Notes: generated by a model not told the origin, from the sequence alone. Counted from the whole stretch's first letter, positions 1-13,618 are shown. The stretch: DNA of 62,741 nt, filler included, from Choristocarpus tenellus KU-1152 (GCA_964200185.2; 10 parts of 10 records of this genome joined end to end with filler, not necessarily neighbours in it), one strand, 5' to 3'. A program made the numbers and translations.

Positions 1-27
1 CCACCCCCCTCCCAGATACTTTGGGTC
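1..27. mobile_element. MITE family B/C terminal fragment at window start
   Basis: ccacccccctcccAGATACTTTGGGTC matches the family B/C terminal inverted repeat. Confidence 0.8.
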
Positions 28-208
28 AAGAAGAAACGATTTCCAATACATTCCCACACAAGGGAGTGCACAGTGCAAAGAGTGAGCCATAGTTTCGTAG
101 AGGGGGGCACCGTTGAGTAGAAGGAGTCTCTATGACTGCCTTCTGATACATGTGCTCCTACTGTTGAGTACATGTGATTTCACTGAACCTCTGTCTCTTC
201 TTATACAG

Positions 209-3200
209 TCACAGCCTCCAGGTAAGGGTTACCTGCATTTCAATAAAGAAAATATTTGTGTCAGGGACAAGATTTTTTCAAGACCCTTATATCAAATGGG
301 GCCTAAATCGACCCTTTAGAAGAATGCTATGGTTCTGTATCCACGCAATCCTCCCCATTCCCTGATACTGGCCAGTGGTCTCCCCTGCCCTACCCTGTGG
401 ATAGGAATATGACCTGCATCTCGAAGAAAACGGTTTTTCCTCGTCCAACTTCAGCTCAAGTGTTTGTAGTGCCCTGAGTATTGTTGATATGGCTCAAGAT
501 GCTGGAGTGACGAACTACTGTGAATGCCTTGATGACTGTGAGGTCCAGTGCGATCTTCACTCGCAGCGAATTGCATTCTTTGTGGTAAGTGAATATCATT
601 CCATACCTTGCCATTTTTTCACAATCCTAATCTTGAATTATTTGTAGTGAGAGGTGATGTTTTGACCTCAAGCGAGACAAATGTATTGTGCAAGATTAAT
701 CGTGTGCCTGTTCCAATCTTGTGAGAAGTCCTCTATTTTGTTCCAGGAGTTGTTATATGCAAGCCATACCCGTGTTAAAAGTGTGATCATTCCGATTTGT
801 TCCGTTTTCTGGCTTGTTGTTCAAGAAAGGTTGGATTGTTCTTCGGAACCTGGTTTGTTGTTGCCATGACAAATTGTGTGTGCATGATCAAGGAACGCTC
901 ACAACTTCTAGGAAGTAAGGCCTTGGAAAAATCTCCCTCTCTAGTGGCGTCTCTGCTGAACACCTTCAACAACAAGGTAAGTACAAGGACTTCAAAGATC
1001 ACCTTCAGGGAGACGGGGGGTCAAAGGTACCAAGCCAACTCTAAGTGTTTTCTTGAAGACAGACAGGACTAAGGTCCTGGAGGTATTGCAATATACTGGC
1101 TGGCACCAGATACAGTGTAACCAGGCATCCTATACCCTCCGAGGTCATGGTGATATTGATCGTGCCTAAAGAGAATAAGTCATACGACAAAGTCAGGTAG
1201 AGTAGCTGCAAGATGAGGTGTAACTATTATTGTAGCTTTCATCACAATGCATTTTTGGGATAGTACTATAAAATTTTATTCTTATATTTCGCACTTAATT
1301 CTTGGCAATAAAGAGTACAGAACTTGTGCCCTTTGTGTTTAATGTTTTTTTTCCCAAGCTGCAACAGCTCAGGCTTGTCCTTGATCTTCACACCACCGAA
1401 ACTCATTGTCTGTGCTCTGCCAAATTGGAGCAACACAAACTAAACAAGAGGATGTTAGAGTTGCCATATATTGCGGTTCTTCAATACTTAAGAGATTAAA
1501 CTAATTGGAGACTGCTGAACACTGATTCTTCCAGTAGAGATTTACAAGAAAAAATTCAACATTAACCTTTATTGCCACGATTTTGACATCTTCCACCTAA
1601 CAATCATACTTCTTTCAGGCATTCACAAGTCTCCTTCCTTCCTGGGTGTGTGATGCAATTGTGAATGCGGTCATTGCAAGCATGACAACATACTTTGTTA
1701 GGTATGCATTACAAAACACTTACAAGGAAATGGAATGTTGTGGCGAGCTTGCAAAACGACTATGAAGCAGTGGAGATTCGGATCTCACAATAAATATTTT
1801 GCACTCAAGTTGTACTTACACAGATACAGCAGAACATTTACTACAACCAACCATGACAAACAGAGCCATGCCAGAGCTAACTCTGGGATTGAAGGTTAGC
1901 CACGGTAGAGGGTGTGTTCTATTCATTCCAAATGTGTCAATTGTATTATAGACAGTGTCAATCATCAGAAGTAGCTACATTCCATTCTTGTGCACCTGTA
2001 TCACTTACACATTTCGAGTGCTTCTAATTCAACAGTATCTGAGCCAACATCCCTCATCATCTCCACCTTCCTACAAAGAAAACTTGAAGGGGAGAGACCA
2101 ATTTTAGTAACTGGATGCTCAAGATTTAGATTGTCACCATGAGTGACTACCAGTAGCAAGATGGTATTGCTTAGAATAAAAATGGTTCGATTGTGTTACA
2201 CAGTTGTTGAGAAATGATAATTCATATTGTGGGATGAGAGAACGGATGATTTTTTGTGCAATATGTGGTACAGCTTTCACCATACGGTTCTCACTGATAC
2301 AGCACCCACCTTACATTCCTTACAGGGGGACAACACTCTGGATTTCCGACTGAGCCAACAAGGCGTACCCAAGTCCTGACCGTTTTTTCTTTCCATTTTA
2401 AGCACTTTTTTTATCCTTGACAATTCCATCTTACTGCTATGGATGAAGTGCTAAGTTTGCCTTAAAAGGGTTGATTTCTGCATTGATTGAAACATTTTGA
2501 AAAAAATTAGAAAAGTCTCCCTGTCTGTGCTTGTACAAAAAAACGAATTTTATACTAATTTGTCAGCATTCCTAAAATGCATCCCTGGCTACCTCTTGTT
2601 TACTTTGGCTCATATGATGTGCGAAAAGGTACCAGGTGAGGCCAGAGTATCAAGATGCATCAGATCCCCTGGGAATTGACTGCAATAGAGGGATGCCGGT
2701 GGATGGAGAAGAGTCTGATCAGTGGCAGTGTGACTCAACACTGGTTCTTGGGGCATCAGTCACTTCCCTCCTCGTCTGTGCATTCGCATCCACGCCATTG
2801 TGGCTTCTCATTGCTAACAGGTATTCCTGCATCCTCTGTATTTCAAGCTGTTGGGAATTTGAAGTATTGTGGGGTAGGAGATTGGTCGCAACATGAAAAT
2901 AGTGTGTTATTCTTAAGGCAACACCTTTGTACATTTCACTCTGAACCTTCAAAGGTTGTACAATTCCTGCAACTAGTAGTATATTCATCATTCTCAAGTG
3001 TACACTTGTGACTCGTAAGGAAGCAATGCCCTTTACTAGTCGATGTTTGTGAGATTAATTCAGCGGGCTACAACCACCTTACTTCATACTTGGTTCCGGT
3101 GTTTCATCCACAACTCTGAAAAGATAGTGTGTGACAAGCGATTTTTAACAATGAGCAGGCCTTGGGTAAGTGTTGTGTTCTCCAGGAGTGGAGAAGTACT

Positions 3201-6200
3201 TGGTCGCAACAAGCTCTTGGCCATTCTGAGAGCATTACACCAAAGAGTAATTGGCAACGGGAAAAAACCTTGTAATACACAAGAACCGATCTCCAGTTCC
3301 CACAAGATGTGTTAATCTTTACGTGTAGTACTCCATTAGGTGGAGATTATTGTATGGTGCATGATGGATGGCTTCCACTTATAACTGGCTGCTAAAATCT
3401 CTTGTTCTCCAGTGAGTACACTTTGAAATACTTTGTACTCAGTTGCAAATAGTGTGTGTGGATGACTAAGACCACAAACAAGTTCATTTGGGAAAAAATT
3501 GCGCTAATGACCCTTAGAGGGTAGCGCCGCATCCATTTGGGGGTCAAAATCCTATGTTGCGATTTTGATGTAATTTTGGCTATTGTGCTTGTTAGGAAGC
3601 GTCAATACCCTTCTTCTGGACACACCTTTTCATAGTGTATATATTTTACCTACTCCGAAATATTTTGGAGTAGGAAAATGTAATATAAAACCCCAATGGA
3701 CGCCAAGCCCCAAATGGACAAGCAGGGTAAAACTCATGCCCTCTAAGATGATCTTTCACTCTAATTGAGGCATTGTGACTTCACTATTCCATCAGTCACA
3801 CCTTGTCTGAAATTGTACCCCTTCCTTGCCTCTTTGAAAATACAGGAGTGGCAAGCGCAATGCCTGGTTACTTTGGTCATTTGTGATGGCCCTGACCAAC
3901 CTACTCTTCCTGGGGGTAAGTTACAGTTGCAGTAATAAATTGAGTATTGTGATGTATCTACAGTTACAGTAACGCCAACAGTAAAAAATTGACTGTTGTA
4001 TGCAAAAGAACAAGAAAACAAAAGTGACCTGTCTTAGAGCCCAGCTGCAGGTATTATAGGCATAATGAGTGTATCTGGGCAATGTGTAGATATCCCTCAG
4101 ATTGATGGTACAAGCCGGGTGAGATCCTTTAGAATGTGCTGTATATATAATGACTTCTTTAAGTTACAATGTGCAGTTCACTTGCGTAATCCAGACAGGA
4201 TGTGACTCAAGTGGTTGAAATAGTCATTTTGTAGCGGTTGTGCATACATTTGGTGCTTGCTGCTGGAAACAACACAGTCTCAGGAAAGGCTAATGCAATC
4301 CTGGATGTGAAGATTCAGAGTGAAAGTATCGTAAAGGGTGAAAGCATCTTAGAGAGTACGAATATTGCCCTGTTTGTCCGTTTGGGGCTTGGCATCCATT
4401 GGGTTATTTTATGACATTTACCTACTCTGAAATATTTCAGAGTAGGTAAAATGTATACGCTATAAAAAGGTGTGTCCAGACCAAGGATATTGACACTTCC
4501 TAACAAACACGATATTCAAAATTAGATCAAAATTGCAACATAGGATTTTGGCTCCCAAATGGACGCGACTCTACCCTAACCCTAAGATACTTTAGTTCTC
4601 ATCATTTCCAAAGGCACTACTATGTGCAGGTGTTTCACACAATTTTTTCTCTTTACTCTACTTTCTCTTACTTGTGTTCATCTAGGTACGCAAGGGGGAT
4701 GTTTACACCATGATATTCATATCAGGCTTAAATGGGGTGCCATTTGGGGCCAAGTTCCTGGCGGATGCAATATTGGCCGACATTATCGACTATGATGAGT
4801 TCCTTTCAGGGTCCAGGTAAGGAGAGGATGTGTGTGACAGGAAGGGCATCTGCACTTCTAGTGCAAAAGGCTACGTTGTTCCTACTAAGATTCAAGACTA
4901 AGTTTTGGAAGTTGCTGTGGCACTTTGCGATGCTGGTGACTATGTTAAATCCCTTGTAGAGTTGCTCCAGTTCCTCAGCTACAGATGTCTAACGCATGCA
5001 TGTCCTTACCGGCAAATGCCTCTACCATCCCGCCAAAGCAATGTTTCTGAAGGTATACTTGAACTTGGAATTAGGGTGGTGTTTGAAGCGCCATGTAAAC
5101 ATCTTGACTGATGCCAACAAAATAATACTAACAATAACAATAAGGAGCAAAGGAGTGTTGAATAAGTGTTCCGTTTAATTGCCTCAATGCGACCAAAATA
5201 GGGAATATGCATATTCTTTTGATGCAAATATCGAGGTTTATACCCTTAAGATTGTTATGCCTGTTGCTGATGTAAAATTGTTGATAGCTACCACTGTCGA
5301 CAGACACCCTGAAATGAAAAGAAAAAATGCAACCCTAACCCTAACCCAAGCCCTAACCCTAACCCTAACCTTCAGCAAAAAAAAGGAAAGAGCAAGAAAA
5401 GAAAGAAACACTACCCATTCAGTCAGCCAGGTTCAGCTAAACGTTCTTCTGTTCTACACAGTACACCGAAAACAAAAATGGCTGCAAGCTTTGGAGCTTA
5501 ACCCACCTGTAGGCCAGCTAACCAGTCAAGTCACCCTACCCCTACCCCTAACCCTAGTCCCACAATCACATGAAAATAACTCTGACGTGAAAGCATGAGC
5601 ATTGATCCATGTTGACCAGGTCATATGGTCCGTTCCACTTTTCTGTTGTTATTTTTATTTATATTGTGCTCTATGTCTAATATTAACCCCCAATTCCTAT
5701 ACCCCCACCAACCTATCCTCTCATGCATACAGAGCTGAGGCAACATATACCATGTTCAGGTCCTTCCTTCCGAAGATTTGTGCCATTCCTGCTGCTGCAG
5801 TACCCTTGGCCCTACTGGATGTTGTTGGACACGTCCAGCCCAAGAATGGTCGAATAATGCCACAGGCATGTACTTGTAGAGCCTCCTATATTGCTCTAAG
5901 TATCACCATGTACAATACACAATACACAATTTACTCTTATCCCTAAGGGAGTATATATGTACACTTCGGAAATGTATATATTTGTGTACCCAGGCATTCA
6001 CTGCCTTGATTGGCTGATCTATCCTTCATGTTTTTTTGTTTGAGAAGCTCCAGGTTTACCAAAACTTTAGAGGCTGAAAACTGATCACCATCTATCCTGA
6101 AGTGCCCTTTTGTGTGAGGATGCGAGTCCACTGAATTGCACAGGATATGCCACAAAAATCAAATTTTCTTTCTAGACAAACCATAAGTTAAAAAGCAGAG

Positions 6201-9200
6201 CCTTCCTGGTGTGAAACAGACAGCTCCAGAAAGTCCCTTGGAGGGTGCAAAGTTATGCAAGCCCTACAAAAAAAATTATGCAAGCCTTAAAAACACCAGC
6301 AAAGCAAAGATTGACTCGCTGCAATAGAAAGCAATGACTCAATTCTCATCTTTAGTCTGAGTCCTGCGCAACAACAGTGATCATGCCCTAACCAAACAAA
6401 CACCTCTTTTGCTTAACACTGCTCAATTTGAAACTATTGCATTGCTATTGCCGGTATGGTGAGGAAGCAGAAAGAAAGCGTTCGAATATATGTCATCTGT
6501 GTGTCAGTGGTGTTTCCCACGGCATTATCCTTCCTAGCGTTCTACATCAAGTCAAAATTCCCAATCAAGACAAAGACACAGGTATCCCATGGGCTGTTGT
6601 AGTCCCTTGAAGATGAAGTCGTTCGGGGGGGGAGGAGATAAGTGTAGTTGATATCAAGGTAGCAGAAACAGCAAGGACAAAACCTGTTGGGATATCCAAG
6701 CCTGCCTTGTTGAGAACACCATGCCCGTACATTTTAACTCTTGAAAGACAACATGCACAATAAGAAAGTAATGGCATAACTCAGGATGACTCAAGCATAA
6801 CCATTACACAGCCCTCACAACTCTTAACATGGTGTTGATAATAACAATACCTGACTGGGCTGCTCCTGCCATGATAGCTTGTCATTTTTCTCCTTGATGT
6901 AGCAATAACCAAAATATCAACATCGGTTGTAGAGCTACTGTATGCGAGTGCATGTGTCTACATTGATTGCTTATCTACACCCAGGCAACTTGCTATGTTC
7001 GAAATAAGAATTTACAAGGATAACCTTTCCCTCTAGATCATAGAACCAAATAGTTGAGATAGGAGGCACAGAGGTCCACCTAAAATATATGTTGTTGTTT
7101 AGTGCTCCCTTGGTTTGCTCATGGGGTCTTTGCCCACATCCCTTACACTCTGCGTTTAATTCCAAGTGTATGCTCTGGGGTCTTCCCCCCACCAACTGCA
7201 CCATGCACCACCAGTTCACAAAGCTGCTGTTGTGAAAAGAATTTCCTAAATTCATAGTGGAGACTGTACAATATTTTCATACTTTGATTCGCTCATCTGT
7301 TGAGAAAATGGTTAAGTATCAATATACACTGGGAATCACAGTGTATGGTATTTTTTTTTATTCTCTCTTACATCTTCCACCCACCAACTGCCCTTCACTA
7401 TGTTGGCCAAGTTCCTGGATGTGACTTCCCTGCTTAGAGCTGTAACTATGTCAAACCATGCCTGCATAGGAGTTGGAATTCCCAACAGTCTGACTCCTGC
7501 ATTGTACTCCACATTTCACATCTACCCTCAGGTGGATATGATTGGAGAGGGGATAGGTGCTCATATGAGGGGTCATAGTAGCAAGGATCCAATCTCCAAC
7601 ATTGACTACAGGTGTACATATATGAAATGTTTCTATAAAAAACAACAATTGCGTCTATGACGTACACAAACAGAGTACCACTTTAGAGGGCAGTCTTGCA
7701 AGTCCATAACACAACAATCTGTGTATGTTGCACCTAGCTCGCCTACATTGAGCTACAGTATCAACAGAATAGCCCCACCACTGACGGCTGATCCTGACAG
7801 AGTGGTGTTGATTTTACGCACCAACAGTTGGTGGCCTTTTTGTGCTTGTCCTCAGACTCCCACTCTTCACCTCGGAAGAGAGAGATTTTCTCATGATCCT
7901 GGATAACTTCCCTGGTGTGTGTGCATTGGAGGCCATAGCAGAGGAGGGAGGAGACCAGCTGCTTCTGCAACGAATGATGGTGAAATATCACCAATACACC
8001 AAATACAGAGTATCAAAACAGTAGAATGGAAAGAGCTGAAAATAGTGAAGACTACTAATGTCTACCACTGTGTCTTCTTGTAACTCTTCTTTATGTAACC
8101 CTTCTTTTTGTCCCTTTTGTTCTGCGGTTTCATAACGGTTTCATAACGGTTTCATAAAGATTCAAACAAAATTGTATCGCATCCTGCCAGAGTGAAAATA
8201 TCTTAGAGGGTACAAGTTTCGCCCTGTTTGTTCGTTTGGGGCTTGGCTTCCCATGGTGTTTTTTTATGACATTTTCCTGTGCTGAAATGTTTCGGAGCAG
8301 GTAAGACTTACACAGTATGGAGTAGATATCATGTGTATGTCCAGAACAAGGATATTAACGCTTTCTAACAAGGATATTAACGCTTTCTAACGCTTTCTAA
8401 CAAGGATATTAACGCTTTCTAACGCTTTCTAACAAACACAATAGCCAAAATTACATCAAAATCGCAACAGTAGATTTTGGCCCCCAAATGGACACGGCTC
8501 TACCTTCTAAGATACTTTGGCTCAAAAGTACATGCAAAATATGGTATGGTACTCCCAGATTCAATCTCTGAAGCACAATTTAGCTATCAAAGCCACAATG
8601 TAGCAGTATCGTACTGGCGCTTTCAAGGACCGATCACTGCATTGTACTCCAGACCGCACTGCTCAAATACAGTGTGTGCATTGCAGTCAAAATAATAACC
8701 AATCACCTACACAAGCTCTTTCAGTACACTACGTAATAGAAGTGATACCAGCCAACTTCAGCCGCAGCTTTGGAGTGATAAGGACAAGACGATATGAATA
8801 TGCAAAGGCAGAGTAGAAGCATTGTGTTCTGATAGATGGCAATAATGAAAAACTCTCTTAACAAAATCCATGGTGACAATTGCTGTAGTATTGCCATTGC
8901 CAGTTCCAGTTCAGCCCTCACTCCACCAAAACATATGTTGAATGTATATATCATACATAGCAATCATTCTGATACCAAACTCTTTCAATGCTGTAAGCTC
9001 ATCTTCAGGTGGATGGTTCTGGCAACTGTGGGGTCGATTCTGTTGTCAATATTCACATTTTCGCTTCTGGAGTCAGACACGGTGAGGTCTCTCTTGTCTG
9101 GCTTCCTTTCACTGACAATAATTCTAACCCTAATCCTAACCCTATCCCTCATACTGGTCCTAGGCCATTTTGTGGCTCCATTTTTGCTTTGCAGAGATAT

Positions 9201-9620
9201 ATCTGACTCCAACAAGTATGGCCTAAGGAATGAGAGGTATTGAGCTTGAAAGCAAAAGAATGTACAATTTACAGAATGTGACTAAGAAAGACAATAAAGA
9301 ACCAACTTCTTGCTGCCATTTTTTCCTCATCATCCTACCAACAACGGGTTCAAGCTAATTTTCTGCTCATCACAGTTGTTCTGATTTTCCGCATTGCAGT
9401 ACGCCATCTTACCAATACTTTCCATCATCATGAGTGGCACCGCCACAACCGGATGTGTATTTTCACATATGCGATTGGAATCTGCAAGGGAATTGCTGGA
9501 GATGGAGCCAACGCCAACACATGTTATGAAGAAGATCCTTCAACATCGAATATTACTTGATGATATCTCAAGCAGCATCAAGCTCAAGAATGCACACAGA
9601 GGCTGGGGAATTTTTGCCAG
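209..9620 (+). CDS. MFS_2 / glycoside-pentoside-hexuronide (MelB/MFSD2-like) transporter, multi-exon, 5' end missing, 3' end uncertain
   Basis: Phase-consistent exons: 209-221 (tentative), 405-584, 830-976, 1619-1701, 2629-2820, 3846-3915, 4686-4816, 5733-5865 (GC donor), 6471-6581, 7532-7611, 7856-7979, 8998-9081, 9400-9620. The product includes VCMIKER..SLVASLLNTFNNKAFTSLL, PLWLLIANRSGKRNAW and the family-typical ILADIIDYDEFLSGSRAEATYTMFRSFLPK. Possible terminal exons near 10561-10648 and 10812-10932 are unresolved. Confidence 0.88.
3509..3761 (+). mobile_element. MITE family A copy (left TIR partly deleted), intronic, TSD TAAT
   Basis: Body matches other A copies; right end ...CTTTCACTC. 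TAAT at 3505-3508 and 3762-3765. Confidence 0.85.
4318..4598 (-). mobile_element. MITE family A copy, intronic, TSD TCA
   Basis: GAGTGAAAGTATC...AGATACTTTAGTTC with TCA on both flanks. One TIR is partly duplicated and the other carries CCCTAACCCTAA. Confidence 0.85.
8190..8523 (-). mobile_element. MITE family A copy with internal tandem duplications, intronic
   Basis: GAGTGAAAATATCTTAGAGGGTAC...CTAAGATACTTTGGCTC. Internal AACAAGGATATTAACGCTTTCT is repeated three times. No clear TSD. Confidence 0.85.
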
Positions 9621-9759
9621 GTGTGTGGTGGGAGGACCGTGTTGTGGAGTTTTCTGTCTAACCTTCAGAATGTGCTGATTTTTGCCTCAGAAACAGAGTG
9701 TATGGCTCACATGGATCAACAAATCGCTGTGTACTCTTATTATGAAGAAAATAGTTTCA

Positions 9760-10009
9760 ACAATTCGAAAAAAGGGTGAAAAACGGACGGCGACACCCCA
9801 CCTCCCCAGATACGTTGACCCCACAATGGTCAAAGACCACCCCCGTCTAGGATAGTTTGTTCTCAATATGTCGCCCGATTCTTATGTCGCGATTTTTGTG
9901 TGATTAGGTTGAATATGTCGAGTGGATATTGTAGGTGCACTTTTTCAGGTCATGGCCCAAATGGACACCCTGGTGTAGATACCCCCTCCTCTCCCAGTTA
10001 CTTTGGGTC
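9760..10009 (+). mobile_element. Composite of a family C end (9760-9821) and a 5'-truncated family B copy (~9884-10009)
   Basis: 9760-9821 matches 26640-26696. 9884-10009 matches the body and right end of the copies at 15638 and 17225. Confidence 0.7.
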
Positions 10010-12175
10010 TGTACTGATGTGAGACAACAAGGGTTTGATGTCTGAGAACATGATGCGGCTTTATGGATTCGGAACATAGAACATGACTACATCCACCCCT
10101 AGTCGTGCTCTTTGTTGACTCATGGAAAAGGTGGAGCATGAAACTGGATCATACATAGCCTTTGGCCTTTTTGAGCTCTCCACAGCAGTTCATATTTTAT
10201 TTTAGACAAGATTTTTTGTTTATCATCCTTGGATCTCTTTATTTTTTGTTTTGATTGTACCGCAAGTTGAAGAAATGCAGCATTCAGGTTCTACTAACGG
10301 AGTCAGTATCACTTGATATGATATTTCAATGCAATGAGTAAACAAAAATATATCCCGTTGATAGGCAGATTTTGGCACCCAAGCCAATTTAAATGTTCTC
10401 AAGACTGTGGCAACAAACTCTCAACCCCCACATAGGTTCTACACCTCAGTGCAGCTTTACTTTCTCTCCCAATCAGTTGAGGTAGTGCCTCCCTCATCAA
10501 TAATTACTTGTTACTTGTCATATCTGTAGCTAACTTACCCCCACCCATCAAAATCGAAAGGTCCAAGCAGTTCTCAAGGATGTTGAGTATTGGAATGGGC
10601 ACAGAAACTGAAATGATGTTCAACCACATGATCATTGCATCATTCCAGGTATGATCGTAACTGACTACCAAATGATGGCTATTTCCACAATTCCTAGAGT
10701 TCAAAATTTGTTGTATTGGCGAGGGAATATTCCACGAGATATCTATGTTTTTTGGGGGGGTCATTGTAGACTTGAAATGCCTTCCAATCAGTTGCACACC
10801 TGCTTAATCAGGTTGCCAAAAGAACATTATCGAGAGTACAATGTTAGAGTGGCTGTTCTGGCAACACAAGATAATTTCCTATTACATGAGAAAACTCTTG
10901 TTGGAAGCACTTCAATAAATGATGCTGACTAGATTTATGATTTATGGGAGCAAGGTATTAGGGTTAGGGTTCATAAATGCAAGGTCAACTACTACCATGC
11001 AGTCTTAGAAACAACCATTGTTGACTGAAGAGTCATCTGAGTCATGCTTGACATCCTTTTTGGGAGAGTGAACACTACCACCAATTCGACATTGCTGTAC
11101 TGGAGTCAGATCACTTGATATACTCTATAGAAAGAATATCATCACATAGGTGTTGACATTCAAAAGAGTACCAGGACAAGAATGGCTGAACTAGCACAAC
11201 AATCAGTCAGGAATGTGCCAGTAGAGATCAGTGGAACGATCATTCCCATATGTGGCATGACCATGACCAATAACAGTGATCTGTATCCTCCAATGTGAGT
11301 GTCTCTTTGACAAAACGGAAAATAGGTATTTTAAAATATTTTGAAATATTTTGAAATATTTAGAAGTATTTCGAGAGGTTGCCGAACAACAAGAGATCGA
11401 TCAGTGGTCTACTTGAAAGCTGATTGTGTCATCTTGACCCATAGAAATAGAAGCATATCAGGAGCTATCTCAGAATTGCCTTAAATCAAATGCATCTGTT
11501 TGAATTTATTTTTCATACTTCCAAGAGCATTTGGCTCTTTCCTGAAGCTCAAATACCATTTACCTGACAAATTGGAAGTGCAAAAATGTTGCTAACATTA
11601 TTGTTATTATTATTATTATTATTATTATCATTTTTACTATTATCTTTCCAACACCACCCCCGACTATTCACCAACTATGGCACATGCACATTCACCTCTG
11701 TCCACCGAATGCTCTCTCCCCCTTCCTATCTTTTTGAGTTGATCATTGTGATCTCCCCCTTTCCTATGTGTAACCCATATGAGTAGTGCCTTGAGATGAG
11801 AGTCTTCAGATTAGATGAACCAAGTATGCCAATTATTTTTTTTCCCCCTTTTCCCCATTGAACCTTAGGGTTAGGGTTAGGGTTGGTGATGTGTGATGAC
11901 CCTAATGAAGTTATATCTCCCAAGTATTGGGTGTTGGTGTGTTATCCTTCGCATAATATATAAGCAATAAATGCAATGAGTTCTAATTTTTTCTCTGTTT
12001 ATTTCTCCTAACCCTAACCCTAAACCCTACTTCCTCTGTAAACCCTAACCCTAGTGTAATTGTGGATTATCTCACGTTTGTATAGTAATTACTTTCCTCG
12101 GACTACTTTTGACCATGGGTCTTGGATCCTTTACGCTAACATGAAAGGCCATATCTTTAGTAATAGTAATTGATT

Positions 12176-12434
12176 GAGCCAAAGTATCTTAGAGGGTAGG
12201 GCCGCGTCCATTTGGGGACCAAAATCCATTGTTGCGATTTTGATTTAATTTTGGTTGTCGTGTTTGTTAGGAAGTGTCAGTATCCTTGTTCGGGACACAC
12301 CTTTTCATAACGTATACATTCGACGTACTCCAAAACATTTTGGAGTGGGAAAATATCATTAAAAAAAATACGGGAAGCCAAACCCCAAATGGACAAACAG
12401 GGCAAAACTCGTACCCTCTAAGATACTTTCATTC
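12176..12434 (+). mobile_element. MITE family A, best-preserved copy (259 bp), TSD GATT
   Basis: GAGCCAAAGTATCTTAGAGGGTA...TACCCTCTAAGATACTTTCATTC. Inverted subterminal boxes GTCCATTTGGGG / CCCCAAATGGAC. GATT on both flanks. Confidence 0.92.
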
Positions 12435-13356
12435 GATTGGCAACCTACTGAAAATAATTGTGGTTGTTGAAGGATACACTTGACTGCATTACATATTCTT
12501 CCACCACCTAAGTCAGGGAGTATGTGTAGTATATAGTATATTCTCCAGAGTAGGATAGCAGTGGTACGGATGGAACAAGTTAGTAAGAAACAACAGTCGG
12601 TTCTATTTACCATACTTCACTGCATATCCAACAAAATCCTCACAACCTGTTGGCATTGTGTGGTGCATGAGAAAGGTCAGAACCTGAAGATCCTAAGGTG
12701 CACGTTTTTTCTTTAGGGGAGTCCTAGCGGTTGGTTTACAGTTGAGGGTGCAAGTTGAGTAGCCTGCTTTAGGTCTGTCCAATCCAGCATGCCATAATGA
12801 TCCTGACCTGGTAACATACAATGAAGCATTGGATTCTTCGATATGGTAGCTTTGGCTGGGAACCATATATTCCGGGCTATGTAGGGATTCCTGTTCAAAC
12901 TCCTTCACAGGGTATATGTGATCCTACACAGGGGCATCACAATTGGTGCCCTGGGAACTTTGTGACAGGGTGACTTATCACAAAGCTCAAGCCCAGTGTG
13001 GTGCATTGGACAGATCAGAACTCATGCATTCTATGAGTATATTCGTCACCTGCAAGGGAGTCCCAGACGTTGCAGTAGTATGCCTAGAAGTTGAGAGGTC
13101 GGCATGGGTATTGACCTATCATGTTAGGAATAATCTCGACCTGGTGATGTTCAGTGAAGGAACGGATTCTTCCCTGTGGTAGCTGGGAACTGTGCAGTGC
13201 ATCCCACAGTCTCAGATTCACAGAGTTGAAAGCCATTCACAAGATACAAGTGATCCTGCACAGGCATATGGTATAGCCACTGGGATTCTGAGAACTTTGT
13301 CACAGGCAAAAATCATGGCAAAGTGCAACCTGAGAAAGAAGTTTTGTAAGGGGATA

Positions 13357-13618
13357 GATACAAAACATTTAAGAGGGGTAGGGTCGCGTCCATTCGGAAT
13401 CATAAATCCAATGTAGCGATCTTGATGAATTATGATTATGGTGTTTGTTAGCAAGTGTCACTATCCTTGCTCTGGACACACCTTTTCATAGTCGTTTACA
13501 TTTGAGGTAACTGTGTTGACACAGAAAACCGAAAAAAGGGTTAAAAAATCAAGTGGGAAGTCAAACCCCGAACAGACAAACAGGGCAAAACTCCTACCCT
13601 ATGAAAAGCTTTGGGTCC
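13357..13618 (+). mobile_element. Degenerate MITE family A copy (boundaries approximate)
   Basis: GGGTAGGGTCGCGTCCATT...GTGTTTGTTAGCAAGTGTC...ACAAACAGGGCAAAACTCCTACCCT aligns to family A. TIRs are decayed. Confidence 0.75.

Noticed and set aside
400-3500. Degenerate viral or transposon ORFs in the first contig
   Set aside because: The coding signal resolves into exons of the MFS transporter, and the remainder is intron.
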